NCBI RefSeq assembly: GCF_035594765.1
Contig: NC_085843.1
Location: 72,207,971-72,271,970, forward strand
Source: Anolis carolinensis
Lineage: Eukaryota
Reading direction: 5' to 3'
Length of the DNA: 64,000 bases
In this document: positions 25,685-36,772 of the stretch, piece after piece
How the letters are laid out: each line of letters starts with the position of its first letter
Position numbering within the stretch: the first letter of the stretch is position 1
Made by a program: the position numbers and the translations under genes
The notes under the pieces: generated by a model
What the model was told of the DNA's origin: nothing
The model's database searches: none
What the model saw: the letters and a program-made list of their open reading frames with translations, nothing else

Positions 25685-26375
25685 TGACTGCTAGAGTTGA
25701 TGGACATGGAGGTGAGGAAGTCGCCAGTGAAACCCAGGCACCTGTTGAGATTGTGAAAGAGAAGTCCTCCATAGGAGTGGCCAATGAGAGAACTGTGGAT
25801 TGTCGGAAAGAGGGAGTTACCTTGAAGCCTACTCAGAGTGCTGCCTTGTGGAGGTCCCTGCTGCCAGGCCCTGCTCGCCCACCACTCTGCAAAGCCCATG
25901 GGGAGCCCTGTGTCCTCCGAACGGTGAAGAAGCCAGGGGCAAACTGTGGGCGGCGTTTTTATGTCTGCGCCCGGCCTCTGGGGAAGTCCTCTGATCCCCG
26001 TGCTCGCTGTGACTTCTTTTTGTGGGCCAGTCGGGACAATCTTTAAAGTGACTTTACACTCCTAGGTGCTGAGTCTTTGGTGACTCTGGAATGGAATTGA
26101 TCTTTAATAGGTAGGATCATGATTGATCCATTTCAGAAGAAAGAAAGGTCCTAACCCTGGTTAAGCTCAGTCGTAATGCCAGGTAGTAAAGCCTGCTCCA
26201 GGGTCTCACTTGGGTTGGGGCCACTTCAATGTGTCATTTAAAATAGGTGCCTTGCAATAGTGGTGCAAATTTCTCTGTTTCCTGAAGTGATTAACTCCTA
26301 ATATGTCATTGCTGGGAAATGACTTCTTGTTCTTTGGGGACAGACTAAAAAGAAACATTAAAGAAAAAAAAAAAA
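25685..26375 (+). pseudogene. APEX2: 5'-truncated processed retrocopy of APEX2 (C-terminal zf-GRF domain, 3'UTR, poly(A))
   Basis: [48 protein letters not shown] matches the APE2 zf-GRF. A-tail at 26364-26375. 7-bp direct repeat gacatac at 25678-25684 and 26376-26382. Confidence 0.88.
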
Positions 26376-27140
26376 GACATACAAACTTTTTATGAAACTG
26401 CTTGTCAGTTTATTGAGGCTATGTAAATTTTTCCCCATAATAATAGTATAGATGTGGCCCATCTCATGATGTTTATTCATGTTAGTGTAATGCAGATTTT
26501 GAATTTGTTAGTTGAGTTTCATATTTAAGTTGGACTGAATCCTACAGAGGACTAGAGTTTGGAAGCATTTGTTTTCACTGCAGCTCTTGGGAATCTGATA
26601 TTTGCAAGCCAAAAAAAATGAATTTTTCAACCTTTCACATTTATGTATTTAGGAGAAAGGCTTTGTAATATATCTTGATATCATTGTGCTTTTTTACTCC
26701 TTAAGTTAGAACTGACAATATGTATGGAGAGCTCCACATCTTTGAAAGACTTATGTGGTCAGACTATTGCTTTCCTTCCTAAATTAATAAAACACCAACC
26801 TCAGTTGGCCTAAGTATGTGGCTGAACCCTCCCTGCCCTCCAAATGTAGGTATATTCCTTCTTAAGTATAAGTGGAACTTAAAGGTTTACCTTTACTTTA
26901 AGGAACACTTCATAGGTAAAGAGGGAATGGGATGGCAACTGCATTTGCTTTTTATTGGAGTTCATTAAAATTTGTATACGCAGATGTGTGTTGAATTGCT
27001 CAATAAGTTGCCACAAATTGTAAGAGGGAGGGATTGGAATGAGGCTGCAACATTGAATTTGTTAATGTATCATTCTTCTGTGTCAATCAGATTCAGTTAC
27101 TTTTCAAGAACGTTTGGTTTCCTTTTATTTCTCAATGAAG

Positions 27141-27369
27141 GTATTACTATGATGGGGACATGATCTGCAAAGTCCAAGGCAAGAGGTTTGTGTACAAGTT
27201 TGTCTGTGACTTGAAGACTCTCATTGGGTACAGTGCAGCAGAGCTGAACCGGTTGGTCACAGAGTGTGAGCAAAAGAAACTGGCAAAGATGCAACTTCAT
27301 GGCATTGCACAGCCTGTCACAGCAGTTGCGTTAGCTACAGCATCTCTACAGACAGAAAAAGATAACTAA
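27141..27369 (+). CDS. GABPA: GABPA exon 10 (ETS wing and GABPB-binding C-terminus)
   Basis: [39 protein letters not shown]...LQTEKDN*. Exons total 1368 nt = 455 aa + stop. Confidence 0.97.
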
Positions 27370-28246
27370 ATACCTGGACCAAAAGCTTGGACGCATGAGG
27401 CCTTTATTGTATACTGAGCAGTTTCTGGTCTTAAAATAGGAGCTTCTTTTATTCCTTGGCAGTTCGATATGCATGGTTTTTCTACAGAGAATTGAGACTT
27501 CGATAAATTGGGATCTTTTTCACTTAAAGGTATATATTTCATGTTTATTGATGGCACTCCACAGACAAGAATTGGCAGGAAGAACCCAAATTTGTTGGTG
27601 ATATATTATGCCCTACTGATGCCTCCCGCAGCATTTTAGGAAACTGAAGTGTTGTCAAAACAAAGCAATCACTATTTGAGTTTAGTTCTTTGCATTTCTC
27701 TTCTTCAGCCACCAGACTGAAGGTAATACATTTCCAGAGAGGAAGTAGCTCCTGCTTGGTAGGCTCATTATTATGTAAACATGCCAAGCTGTAAGGAACA
27801 CTGAGAAGTACCGGGCCCCTCAGGTAATGTTTCTTTTCATTAGCAAAAGAAGTGTAATATAACCAGAATCGAAAGGTATCCAATGAGGCCAAAACTAATT
27901 ATGAGTATTTTGATATAAAATGTAGATAATGCACATATTTGTGAGAAAGAGCTTAATTATCTTGAGACATCTTGCAAAGTTTAATGTCTGGCAAAAAAAA
28001 AAAATATTTTTCCTGTTAGGAGATGCTATTTCTCTTCCAAAGAATTGGTTTGGTTTGTCTTAATTTACACTGCAGAGTATATCATCTTATTTTGCATATA
28101 CTTGCACTGTAGCTGAATATGAACTGAAGACTTATGTTAATCACAGACAGAAGTCCCTTCCTGTTTGGAAGCAAAGCATAATTTGTGGGTAAACTGGTAA
28201 GAAATGGAAGTTTGACTTCCTTATGTTATATAGACTACCGTATTAA

Positions 28247-28317
28247 AATAAAAAGGCAGTTTCTTTCTTTAAATTACTTGGTTTCCAAGCTGTTGTTTTG
28301 GTGCTTTGGAAATAAAA
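28247..28317 (+). terminator. Candidate GABPA polyadenylation signals (two AATAAA)
   Basis: AATAAA near 28247 and 28312, each followed by U/GU-rich sequence. Confidence 0.45.
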
Positions 28318-30807
28318 GGGTGTATTATTATTACTCAGAGTAAACAAAATGTAATTCAGTGATTTGGTAATATTTGAGGAAGTGATAAACATTTTAAATC
28401 TAGATACAGTAATACTAGTGCTTTGTTTATTCCTGCATATTCTTTGTTACGGTCTTTTAATCACCTTATAAAACTTGGAAAATACATTCACAGGTATATT
28501 TTTGTTCCTTCTTCACCTTAAAATTAAGTGTTGTGTTACATGTGTATAAACACACATATAAACTTGCACGCACACACCTGCACACACATGTATCTAATTA
28601 TTTAAAATTATGTTCCAAATGTGGGATTTTAAACTAACTATAATTAAAAGAACAAGGCTGTTAGAAGATGTGATTTTACATAATAGGAAATGGTTACACA
28701 TTAGATCTTCATCCTTTATGCATAAATAATTCACAATGAATGATAAAATCATAAAATGTGGCTTAGTTCTGGGAAATTGGGTAATAACTATCAATACTTT
28801 AAGAGTCCCACAACTTTCAACGATCCTAGCAGTAGTTTTCTTGTTAAAAAAAATAGTCCCAAACTATCATCTTAGAAAAAGAAAGCATTTAACAGAGTTT
28901 GACCAGTTAAGTCCAGTGAGGCTTGCTGTATATAACAGGTCACATAGTTCTATTTTGTTCTATCCTTCAAACAGAACATATTCAACCATTTCTAAACAAT
29001 AATTATAAAAAAAGAAAAGCCCACTTTCATCACATTTCACTTCTATGCATAGCAGAAGTCATTAGCTGAGAACAAATGAGGTACAACTCTGTGACAGTGG
29101 GCTTTAGCATTAAGAAAGACAGGTAATATTACTCTTATTCCTAGTTTATATTCTTCTCTTAAAATATATTTGTAGTATATCAGACTTCTAATGTTTCATT
29201 GTAGAAGCCTGTAAATTAAATACATGTAATTACAAGGCTGCATGTATTTAATATTGTCATAGATATATTGAGCTATGCACATAATAGACTAAGCCATATT
29301 GGGGTAATGGCAAATGGCTGTTCTTTTGTACACACTGGATTGTTTCCTGACCTTTATATTTTCCGTACACTTTCTTAGCAGATTTGTTGGATGAGTTACA
29401 ATATTTTACCTAATTATAAAGTATTGATGTGTTCAAAAAACACTGGCTTGGGTCCACACTTTGTCATGCTTTAGTAGACCCACTAAAACAAAAAAGTCAG
29501 TCATGACTAACAAGTCCAATTAATTTCAGTGGATATACCTTAGGCATGACTTGACTTACGTCTAGTCCATTACATTTTCAACAGATTTTTTTGTGGGGGA
29601 CAATCTGTGACTAATTTGAGGTCTTCAGTAAGAGGGTATGGATTATTGTATGTCAAACAGCACCCGAGTGGCTGCAATAACTAAAATATACATGTTATAT
29701 TCCCAAATTTTTGTAAATGGAGGGGTTTTGCATACATTTTTACTCTTTTAAGAACACATATTCTGATAATTATGTATTTCTTTTTGTGTTGAATTTTTTG
29801 GTAATTTTACATGAAACAATTATTTCTATTTTTACTCTAAAATATTTGTGCATAAAATTGTCAATATAGTAAAGTAAGAAAATAAAATTTTACACAGCAA
29901 AAAATGACTTCTGTGCATTTTCAAAGGGTTTTGCAAGCAATGTTAGTACATAGATTAGGTTGGGTCCAGAGTTTGTCATGTTTAGAACACCAGTTGAAAT
30001 CTGTTTGGTCCAGTTAGTCACAACTGTATGAGCAGTTGATCTTCTCTAAGCATGACTGAAATCTGGTTCAAACTAGTACTGCAATAGCAGCAGAAGAAGA
30101 GATTACACACATGGGAAAAATAATGGGCTAAATCCAACATCAAGCTAGAAGCTGACTGCCAGTGCAATGGCATTTCTTCATATCTGCTCCCCCTTGCAGT
30201 GCTCTTCATTGCCTGAAAAACCGCAGACTTCATTTCCTGGTCTTCAGAGTAGGTTTTGGGAGTCCAGGTGAAACTACAGCGAGGAGAAGGAATGGTTCCA
30301 AGTTCCACTGTTCAGAACCATTACATCTGCAGAGGTCCTCTTACTAAATGCAATACTAGCTACCAAAAGTCATCAAAAAAGGATTGGAGTGAGACCTCCC
30401 TGCCTTCATTTTTTTCTTTTTTGTGTCAGGAGCGACTTGAGAAATATTTTTCAGACCCTGAGATATTCTTCCAGGGGCTATAGCATTATGAACTTAATTT
30501 TCATTCTTACCATTGCAATGTTGGATGATACAATGTGCAATTTTAATCAATATGAGTTTAAGATGTACTGAAATAACCTGTCTCAATATATATATTTCAC
30601 AGCTTCATTCCACTGATTCTTTATGTATTTCATTCCTTCTTTTAAGACTGGCACATAAAATGTCAGTAACTTAATCCTCTGACGTTTCTAGTGTTGAATG
30701 CGACAGAGAAAAAATTGACCACAACTTTAATATAAATCTGAGGTTCACCTCAAATACATTTCAAAATCACACCCAGTTTGAGGTCACATGCTTTTAGGGA
30801 ATCATAA

Positions 30808-30969
30808 TTTTTCTTCGTGTACTCTGTGAATGCACACTAATGGAGAAGGCTGCGCCTGCGCAGGCTCCAACGGATACTCTTCCAAGCTAAAGTTTGAAAT
30901 TTGGCGGTAACCCCGCCCCTCTTCCCGGAGGGTATAAAGGGCGCCCTCCGCGCCCGCTCTCCAGTTCCT
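30808..30969 (+). repeat. DIRS left inverted terminal repeat
   Basis: Reverse complement of 36583-36744. Contains TGCGCCTGCGCA, a GC box and TATAAA. Confidence 0.93.
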
Positions 30970-31009
30970 TTTTTTCCGCCGCAAAGCTCACTTCGGACTC
31001 TTCGTTCTT

Positions 31010-33043
31010 ATGTCAACCACGCGTTTTAAACGGTGCACTCAGTGTGCCGCTAAGATTCCAGATTCCGACGGCCACGCTAAGTGCCTTTTCTGCCTTGGCG
31101 AAAGCCACGTCGTCGGTTCCTGCCGTTTTTGCCTGGCCTTTACAGCTCAGGCCAGAAGAAATAGAGCTGCGAGACTCCGTGCAGCTCTTTACGAAAAAAC
31201 TCTTGCTCCTCGGCCTCGATGGCGTCCAGGCCTGCTCCGTCGGTATCATCTAAAACCTCGAAAACCTCGAGACCGCGACCAACCAAACCGCCCTGCACGG
31301 TGACCACCGCTACGGTATCCACCCGGTCGGGCAAGATGGGCCCTTCATCAACTTCGAGTTCGGTGGCTTCGGCCATTTCCACTCGATCCCGCCTGGCTTC
31401 GCCGCCATCTTCTTCCGCCATGAAGATTGCCTTCAAGAGGGCTCAGGAGGAATCCAGACGGGCTCAATCTGACTCGGCAGCTGTGTGCCCGATTCCCCCG
31501 ATGCCGGGAAAATCGCTGAGGGTCGCGTCGAAACAACCCCCAGCAAAGAAACGAATGATCCAGAGGTCGTCCTCCTCAGCGTCTTCGAAGAAGGACGCCC
31601 CCTCCTCTGGGCCTTCCTCTAGGAGATCCTCTCCTATCCAACCAGCACAACGCCTCCGCTCCTCTTCCTCTCCTCATGGTCAGTCCTCGGATGCGGACGC
31701 TCAAGCCTCCCCCGACCGGTCGGTCAGGACAGTTATTAAGGCTCCCCAGCCGGCACCATCTCATCTTCTGGCTCGACAAGAACTCTTTCCCCCGGCTCAA
31801 ACACCTGAGAGGGGTAGACAGATGACGCGCTTAGCCCACGCCGCCCAGGCCTCCGCGTCCAAGGGCGTTCCTCCACAGCCGGCTCTCCCTGCTCCTGAGG
31901 TAATACCTCATCAGGACTCTGTGCTTGTTTCTCCTCCCCGGTCCCCTCAAGGGCCCGAGGAGGATGACCCCGATATCGAACGCCCCGAGTCGATACTCTC
32001 CGCCTCCGTTGTCTCTCTCGGTCTCGACCTCTCCCCGCCTCACGACGCCTACGAGGTCGACCCACCTTCCCCGACGGATAATATTCGGGCTTTCTCCGAC
32101 CAGATGGTCAGAATGGCAGACGCTCTGGGGATGGAAATTAAACAAACTTCAAAGGCCGTTACCGACCCCGTTTTCAAGAGGGTTCAAGCCCAAGCCCCGC
32201 CAGCCACCTTGCTGCCTTTTCTTCCATACCTCCTGGATGTCATCCAGGCATCTTGGAAGACTCCATCTTCGATACCTCCAACCTCTAAGAAAATAGAGGC
32301 CTGGTACCGAACCGATGACGAAGGCTTGGAATGGCTCAAGCATCACCCTGACCCAAACTCCATGGTGGTAAAGGCCTCCCAATTGTCGGGTTGACACTCC
32401 AACTCCCCTGCCGACAGAGAGGGCAAACGCTTTGATGCGGTAGGCCACAAGCTGTACTCCGGTGCTCTCCTCCTTTGCCGTATGGCAAACTACGGGGCCT
32501 GCATGGGCGCTTATCAACAGATCCTCTGGGAGAAAGCCCAACCCTTCGCCAAGCTTTCTGACGAAGACCGGTCAGTCCTTTCGACCCTCCAACAGGAGGC
32601 GGACTCTCGCACACCACCAAATTCAAATGGCTAAGCATACCGGTGATACCGCCGGAAAAATGATTGCCCACGCGGTCGCGATCAGACGGCATGCATGGCT
32701 TCGGTCCTCAGGACTCTCTTCTTCCTCTCGACAAGTGATCGAAGACCTTCCTTTCGACACCCAGGGCCTTTTCAATTCTGGCACTGATGACAAACTTAAG
32801 TCCAATCACGACTTCAAGATTCTCGCAACAAAGTGCGGGACCGATCAACCTCAGGCTCAGCGGACCCGATGGTTCCCGCAACGGTACCATCGCTACCCTC
32901 AGCCTTTTCGTCACCAGCCGTTTCGACGCTCATCGAGCTCGAGTCACCACAGTCATCAGCAACAACCTCGCCGCCAGCACCAGGTCCCGAAAGGTCGGGG
33001 CAAAGGTCCTGCAGCTATGCCACAACCCCAACGACGGGCCTGA
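31010..33043 (+). pseudogene. DIRS ORF1 (gag-like): Cys/His zinc-binding N-terminus, S/P-rich linker, LAP2alpha-like C-terminal domain
   Basis: FKRCTQC...DGHAKCLFCLGESH...CRFC and AVAIRRHAWLR...IEDLPFD..GLF. Broken by frameshifts (~31215, ~32610) and TGA at 32392. Confidence 0.85.
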
Positions 33044-34995
33044 CGCCCACTCTCTCGGGGATCTTTCTATCTCCACTACTACTGCCACTACCATGCCGTT
33101 CCTAGGCCCCGACCAGATCCTTCCTCTCTGTTCTTTTCTCGACCGCCTAGCTCCTTTCTACCGCGAATGGGAGTCTATCACCTCAGATGCCTGGGTTCTT
33201 CGCATTGTCAGAGATGGCTATGCCTTGGAATTCGAAACTTTGCCACCCACGGGTCACATCCTCCACACCGACCCTTCACCGGAAATATGTGCCGAGGTCG
33301 ACTCCCTTCTGGCGAAGGGCGCAATCCAGCCTTCTCCTTCCGAGCAGGACACTCGAGGTTTCTTCTCGAGATACTTTACGGTTCCCAAGCGGGGCGGAGG
33401 TCTTCGGCCTATCCTCGACCTACGAGCTCTAAACCTCTTCATTCTGCCTTCAAAATTTTGAATGGTTTCAGTGGCCTCCATCCTCCCGATGCTCCGACAC
33501 GGAGACTACTTCGCCTCTATAGACTTACGCGACGCGTATTTCCACGTCTCGGTGCGTCGACCCCACAGACGCTTCCTTTCCTTCAAGCTCCTGGGACACT
33601 CTTACCAGTTCACAGTTCTCCCTTTCGGCCTCGTCACGGCCCCAAGGGTCTTTACAAAGGTGGTCGCCGTGGTGGCAGCGCACCTCAGGAAACAGGGCAT
33701 TATGGTCTTTCCTTATCTGGACGATTGGATGATTGTCCGACCCCTCATCCCTTCAAAACCACGTCTCACAGACTCTTTCTCTCCTGCAACGGCTGGGCCT
33801 TCAGTTGAATGTCTCAAAGTCTCAACTCCTCCCAACCACAGAGATCCGCTTCATTGGAGCTCTCTTCAACTCCATCACGGAAACCGCCTTCCTACCGAAG
33901 GACAGGTTCCTAGCCCTTCAACAGCACCTTTCTCTCCTCCTCCGCAACCGCAGGATCCGAGCCCACGCGGTCCAAGTTCTTCTGGGTCACATGGCCTCCA
34001 CGGTCATGGTTACCCCTTTCGCCAGATTACGTCTCGGACCTCTCCAAAGATGGTTTATAGACTCTTTCAAACCCCATCGGCATCCGAGCTCAATGTTTCT
34101 CACGGTACCGAACCACGTTCGCCTCTCCCTTCGTTGGTGCCAGGACCCAGCGAACGTTTGTGTGGGACTTCCCTTCCATCCCTCCCTACCGTCAGTCACC
34201 ATCACGACCGATGCCTCCAATTTTGCGTGGGGAGCCCACATGTCGTACCTCACCGTCAGGGACCTGTGGTCCACCCAAGAAAGGTCTCACCACATAAACT
34301 TTCTAGAACTGTTATCAATCTTCAAAGCCCTCCGGGCGTTTGCTCGCTTTCTTCCCCACAAGTCTGTTCTAATCCAAATGGACAACGTAGTAGCCATGTA
34401 CTACATCAACAAACAAGGGGGTACGGGCTCGAGAAAACTCATGGCTCTCTCGATGGACATTTGGCTATGGTGCATAGCGAGACACATAACTCTGTCGGCA
34501 GTTCACCTTCCGGGGGCTCAAAACACTCTAGCAGACTCTCTAAGCAGAATAACGACCTCCCCTCACGAGTGGCGTCTCGATCCCGAGATCCCGAAATCCG
34601 TCTTCGACGATTGGGGCTGGCCAGCTCTGGACCTTTTTGCCTCCCCCTCGAACGCTCAACTTCCTCGCTTCGGAGCGAGACTACCTCCAAACTCGACTCC
34701 GGGCTGTCTCGGAGACGCGTTTCTCCTCGACTGGACTCTCGAACCCGTCTATCTTTTTCCTCCCTTCCCTCTCATCTCGAGAGTAATAGAGAGACTCTAT
34801 CTAACACCGACATCGGCCATCCTGATCGCCCCTGCATGGCCATGCCAGCCGTGGTATCCCACGCTACTCCGGATGTGTGCGGATCCTCCCCGCACTCTCC
34901 CAACTCTCCCTCATCTACTATCTTCGCAGAAGGGACAGGTCCTCCACCCCGACGTCCCGTCCCTACACCTGACTGCCTGGAGGATACTTCCTTAA
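32787..34995 (+). pseudogene. DIRS ORF2: reverse transcriptase, RNase H and adenine-methyltransferase-like domain
   Basis: FFSRYFTVPKRGGGLRPILDLR, IDLRDAYFH, LPFGL, YLDD (33714-33725), TTDAS, HINFLEL, MDN, DLFAS, YLFPPFP. TGA at 33459 and a frameshift near 33740. Confidence 0.92.
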
Positions 34996-36016
34996 ATTCT
35001 CTCCACCCAGACCTGCAGGTGATCCTTCACGCCGCTCACAAACCGGCCACATTGAAGGCCTATGCTTACAAACTGGCAAAATTCCAAACTTTCCTTCGGG
35101 ACCGACGCGTCGATCCCGCCTCTACTTCGATCCCGCTGGTCATGGACTTCCTATTTTCCCTTGCGGATCGTCAACTTTCTCTGGCCTCGATAAAATCCTA
35201 TCTCGCTGCTCTCTCCTGGCATTTCCAACGTCAGGGACAACCCTCTCTCTCTTTTCTAACAACCTCATTAAGACCTTCCCTCGAGGTTACAACAACTTGC
35301 ACCCTCCAGTTCAACCTCCGACTCCCGGATGGAGCCTTGAACTCGTCCTTTCTCAACTAGCTTCAGCTCCCTTCGAACCTATGGCCTCTGCAGACCTTCA
35401 CCTTCTCTCTTGGAAGACTGCCTTCCTTATCGCTATCACCTCTGCGCGCAGGCCTTCGGAACTGGCTGCTCTCCGGGTGGACGAACCCTATCTCCGTTTC
35501 CACCACGACAGGGCTGTCCTTCGCCCGGACATCACCTTCCTACCTAAGGTGGTCTCTGCTTTTCACCTGAACCAGGACATAATACTTCCTGCTTTCTTCC
35601 CTAATCCTTCTTCTTCTCTAGAACGGAAACTCCATCTCCTCGATGTCAGGAGAGCCCTCCTTTTCTACAAGGACAGGACTAAGGACATACGTAAGTCACC
35701 TAGACTGTTTGTGGCTTACGCTACCCATAAACTGGGCGAACCACTTTCTTCCCAAAGACTCTCACACTGGATTGCTCAGACCATCGAGCTCGCTTATCAG
35801 CTGGCCAAACGCCAACCCCCCTCTTCGATCCGCCCTAGATCTACGAGGGGCCTTTCCACCTCTACGGCCTTCCTGAGGGGCGTCCCTCTCGACTCCATCT
35901 GTCGAGCGGCTATCTGGTCCACTCCATCCACCTTTGTTTCACACTACAGAATGGACTCAAAGAACCTCAAGGACTCGGCCTTCGCCAGGTCCGTCCTTTC
36001 TTCCTGCCTTACCTAA
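33740..36016 (+). pseudogene. DIRS ORF3: tyrosine recombinase with long N-terminal extension overlapping ORF2 (start approximate)
   Basis: SAM-like core-binding region ATLKAY...SLASIKSYLAALS. Catalytic region TSARRPSEL, LDVRRAL, RSTR, AAIW, FVSHY. Frameshift near 35250. Confidence 0.88.
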
Positions 36017-36428
36017 TGTTGCCTTACTCAAAACCAGTTTTCGGGTTTATCCTTCTTACAGGCTGACCGTTGTCATCCACCCCGTTTGTAATCGATGTGC
36101 TCAGGGATTCTTTAACGTAGTGCTTGTGTACTATACTTACCCACTGCACTGAAATGTATTTTTTTGAATACTTCTCCCTCTGTTTTCAGAGAATGAGTTT
36201 ATGCCTACCTCTGTATTTTCTTACAGACTATTGCTCACTTACAATGTTGTGATTGTGTTCTGGATCCTGACAACAAGGATCGGTTTTTTTGCACTATATG
36301 CTATTGCATCGCTTCTTTGACCGTTGCATTTGCTTGTTTTTGCACCTTGTGCTCAATAAATGTGTTGTTTGGACACTAGACTGGTTATCGGGTTTGCTAT
36401 CCCACCTACCTACACCTCAGCTTGCTAG

Positions 36429-36523
36429 TCTCCATTAGTGTGCATTCACAGAGTACACGAAGAAAAAGGACAGGTTGCTTACCTGTAACCGTGTTTCTTC
36501 GAGTGTACTCTGTGAATTCACAC
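36429..36523. repeat. DIRS internal complementary region (ICR)
   Basis: First half is the reverse complement of the element's 5' end. Second half is the reverse complement of the 3' terminal extension. The halves are joined by AAAAA. Confidence 0.93.
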
Positions 36524-36582
36524 AATCCCGCCCTTCCTTCCCCACATGCAAACCTCTCCCTTTCTCGCTGCCTTTGCGGCGT

Positions 36583-36772
36583 AGGAACTGGAGAGCGGGC
36601 GCGGAGGGCGCCCTTTATACCCTCCGGGAAGAGGGGCGGGGTTACCGCCAAATTTCAAACTTTAGCTTGGAAGAGTATCCGTTGGAGCCTGCGCAGGCGC
36701 AGCCTTCTCCATTAGTGTGAATTCACAGAGTACACTCGAAGAAACACGGTTACAAGTAAGCAACCTGTCCTT
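36583..36772 (-). repeat. DIRS right inverted terminal repeat plus terminal extension
   Basis: Inverted copy of the left ITR followed by cacggttacaagtaagcaacctgtcctt. Confidence 0.93.

Larger units (their letters stand above)
30808..36772 (+). mobile_element. DIRS1-like tyrosine-recombinase retrotransposon, full length, ORFs disrupted
   Basis: Inverted terminal repeats, internal complementary region, gag, RT-RNaseH-MT and YR coding regions, no TSD. Confidence 0.96.

Noticed and set aside
25753-26046. Stand-alone 97-aa zf-GRF gene
   Set aside because: Starts at GTG with no in-frame ATG or visible promoter. Poly(A) tail and TSD mark it as a truncated retrocopy.
33462-35360. 632-aa ORF as a single RT-recombinase fusion protein
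   Set aside because: Artefact of a frameshift near 33740 joining the RT frame to the overlapping YR frame. The upstream TGA also cuts off the RT N-terminus.
30808-36772. Prophage, integron or bacterial contamination (integrase + methylase + RT)
   Set aside because: ITR/ICR structure and domain order are those of eukaryotic DIRS1 retrotransposons, and the flanks are continuous host sequence.
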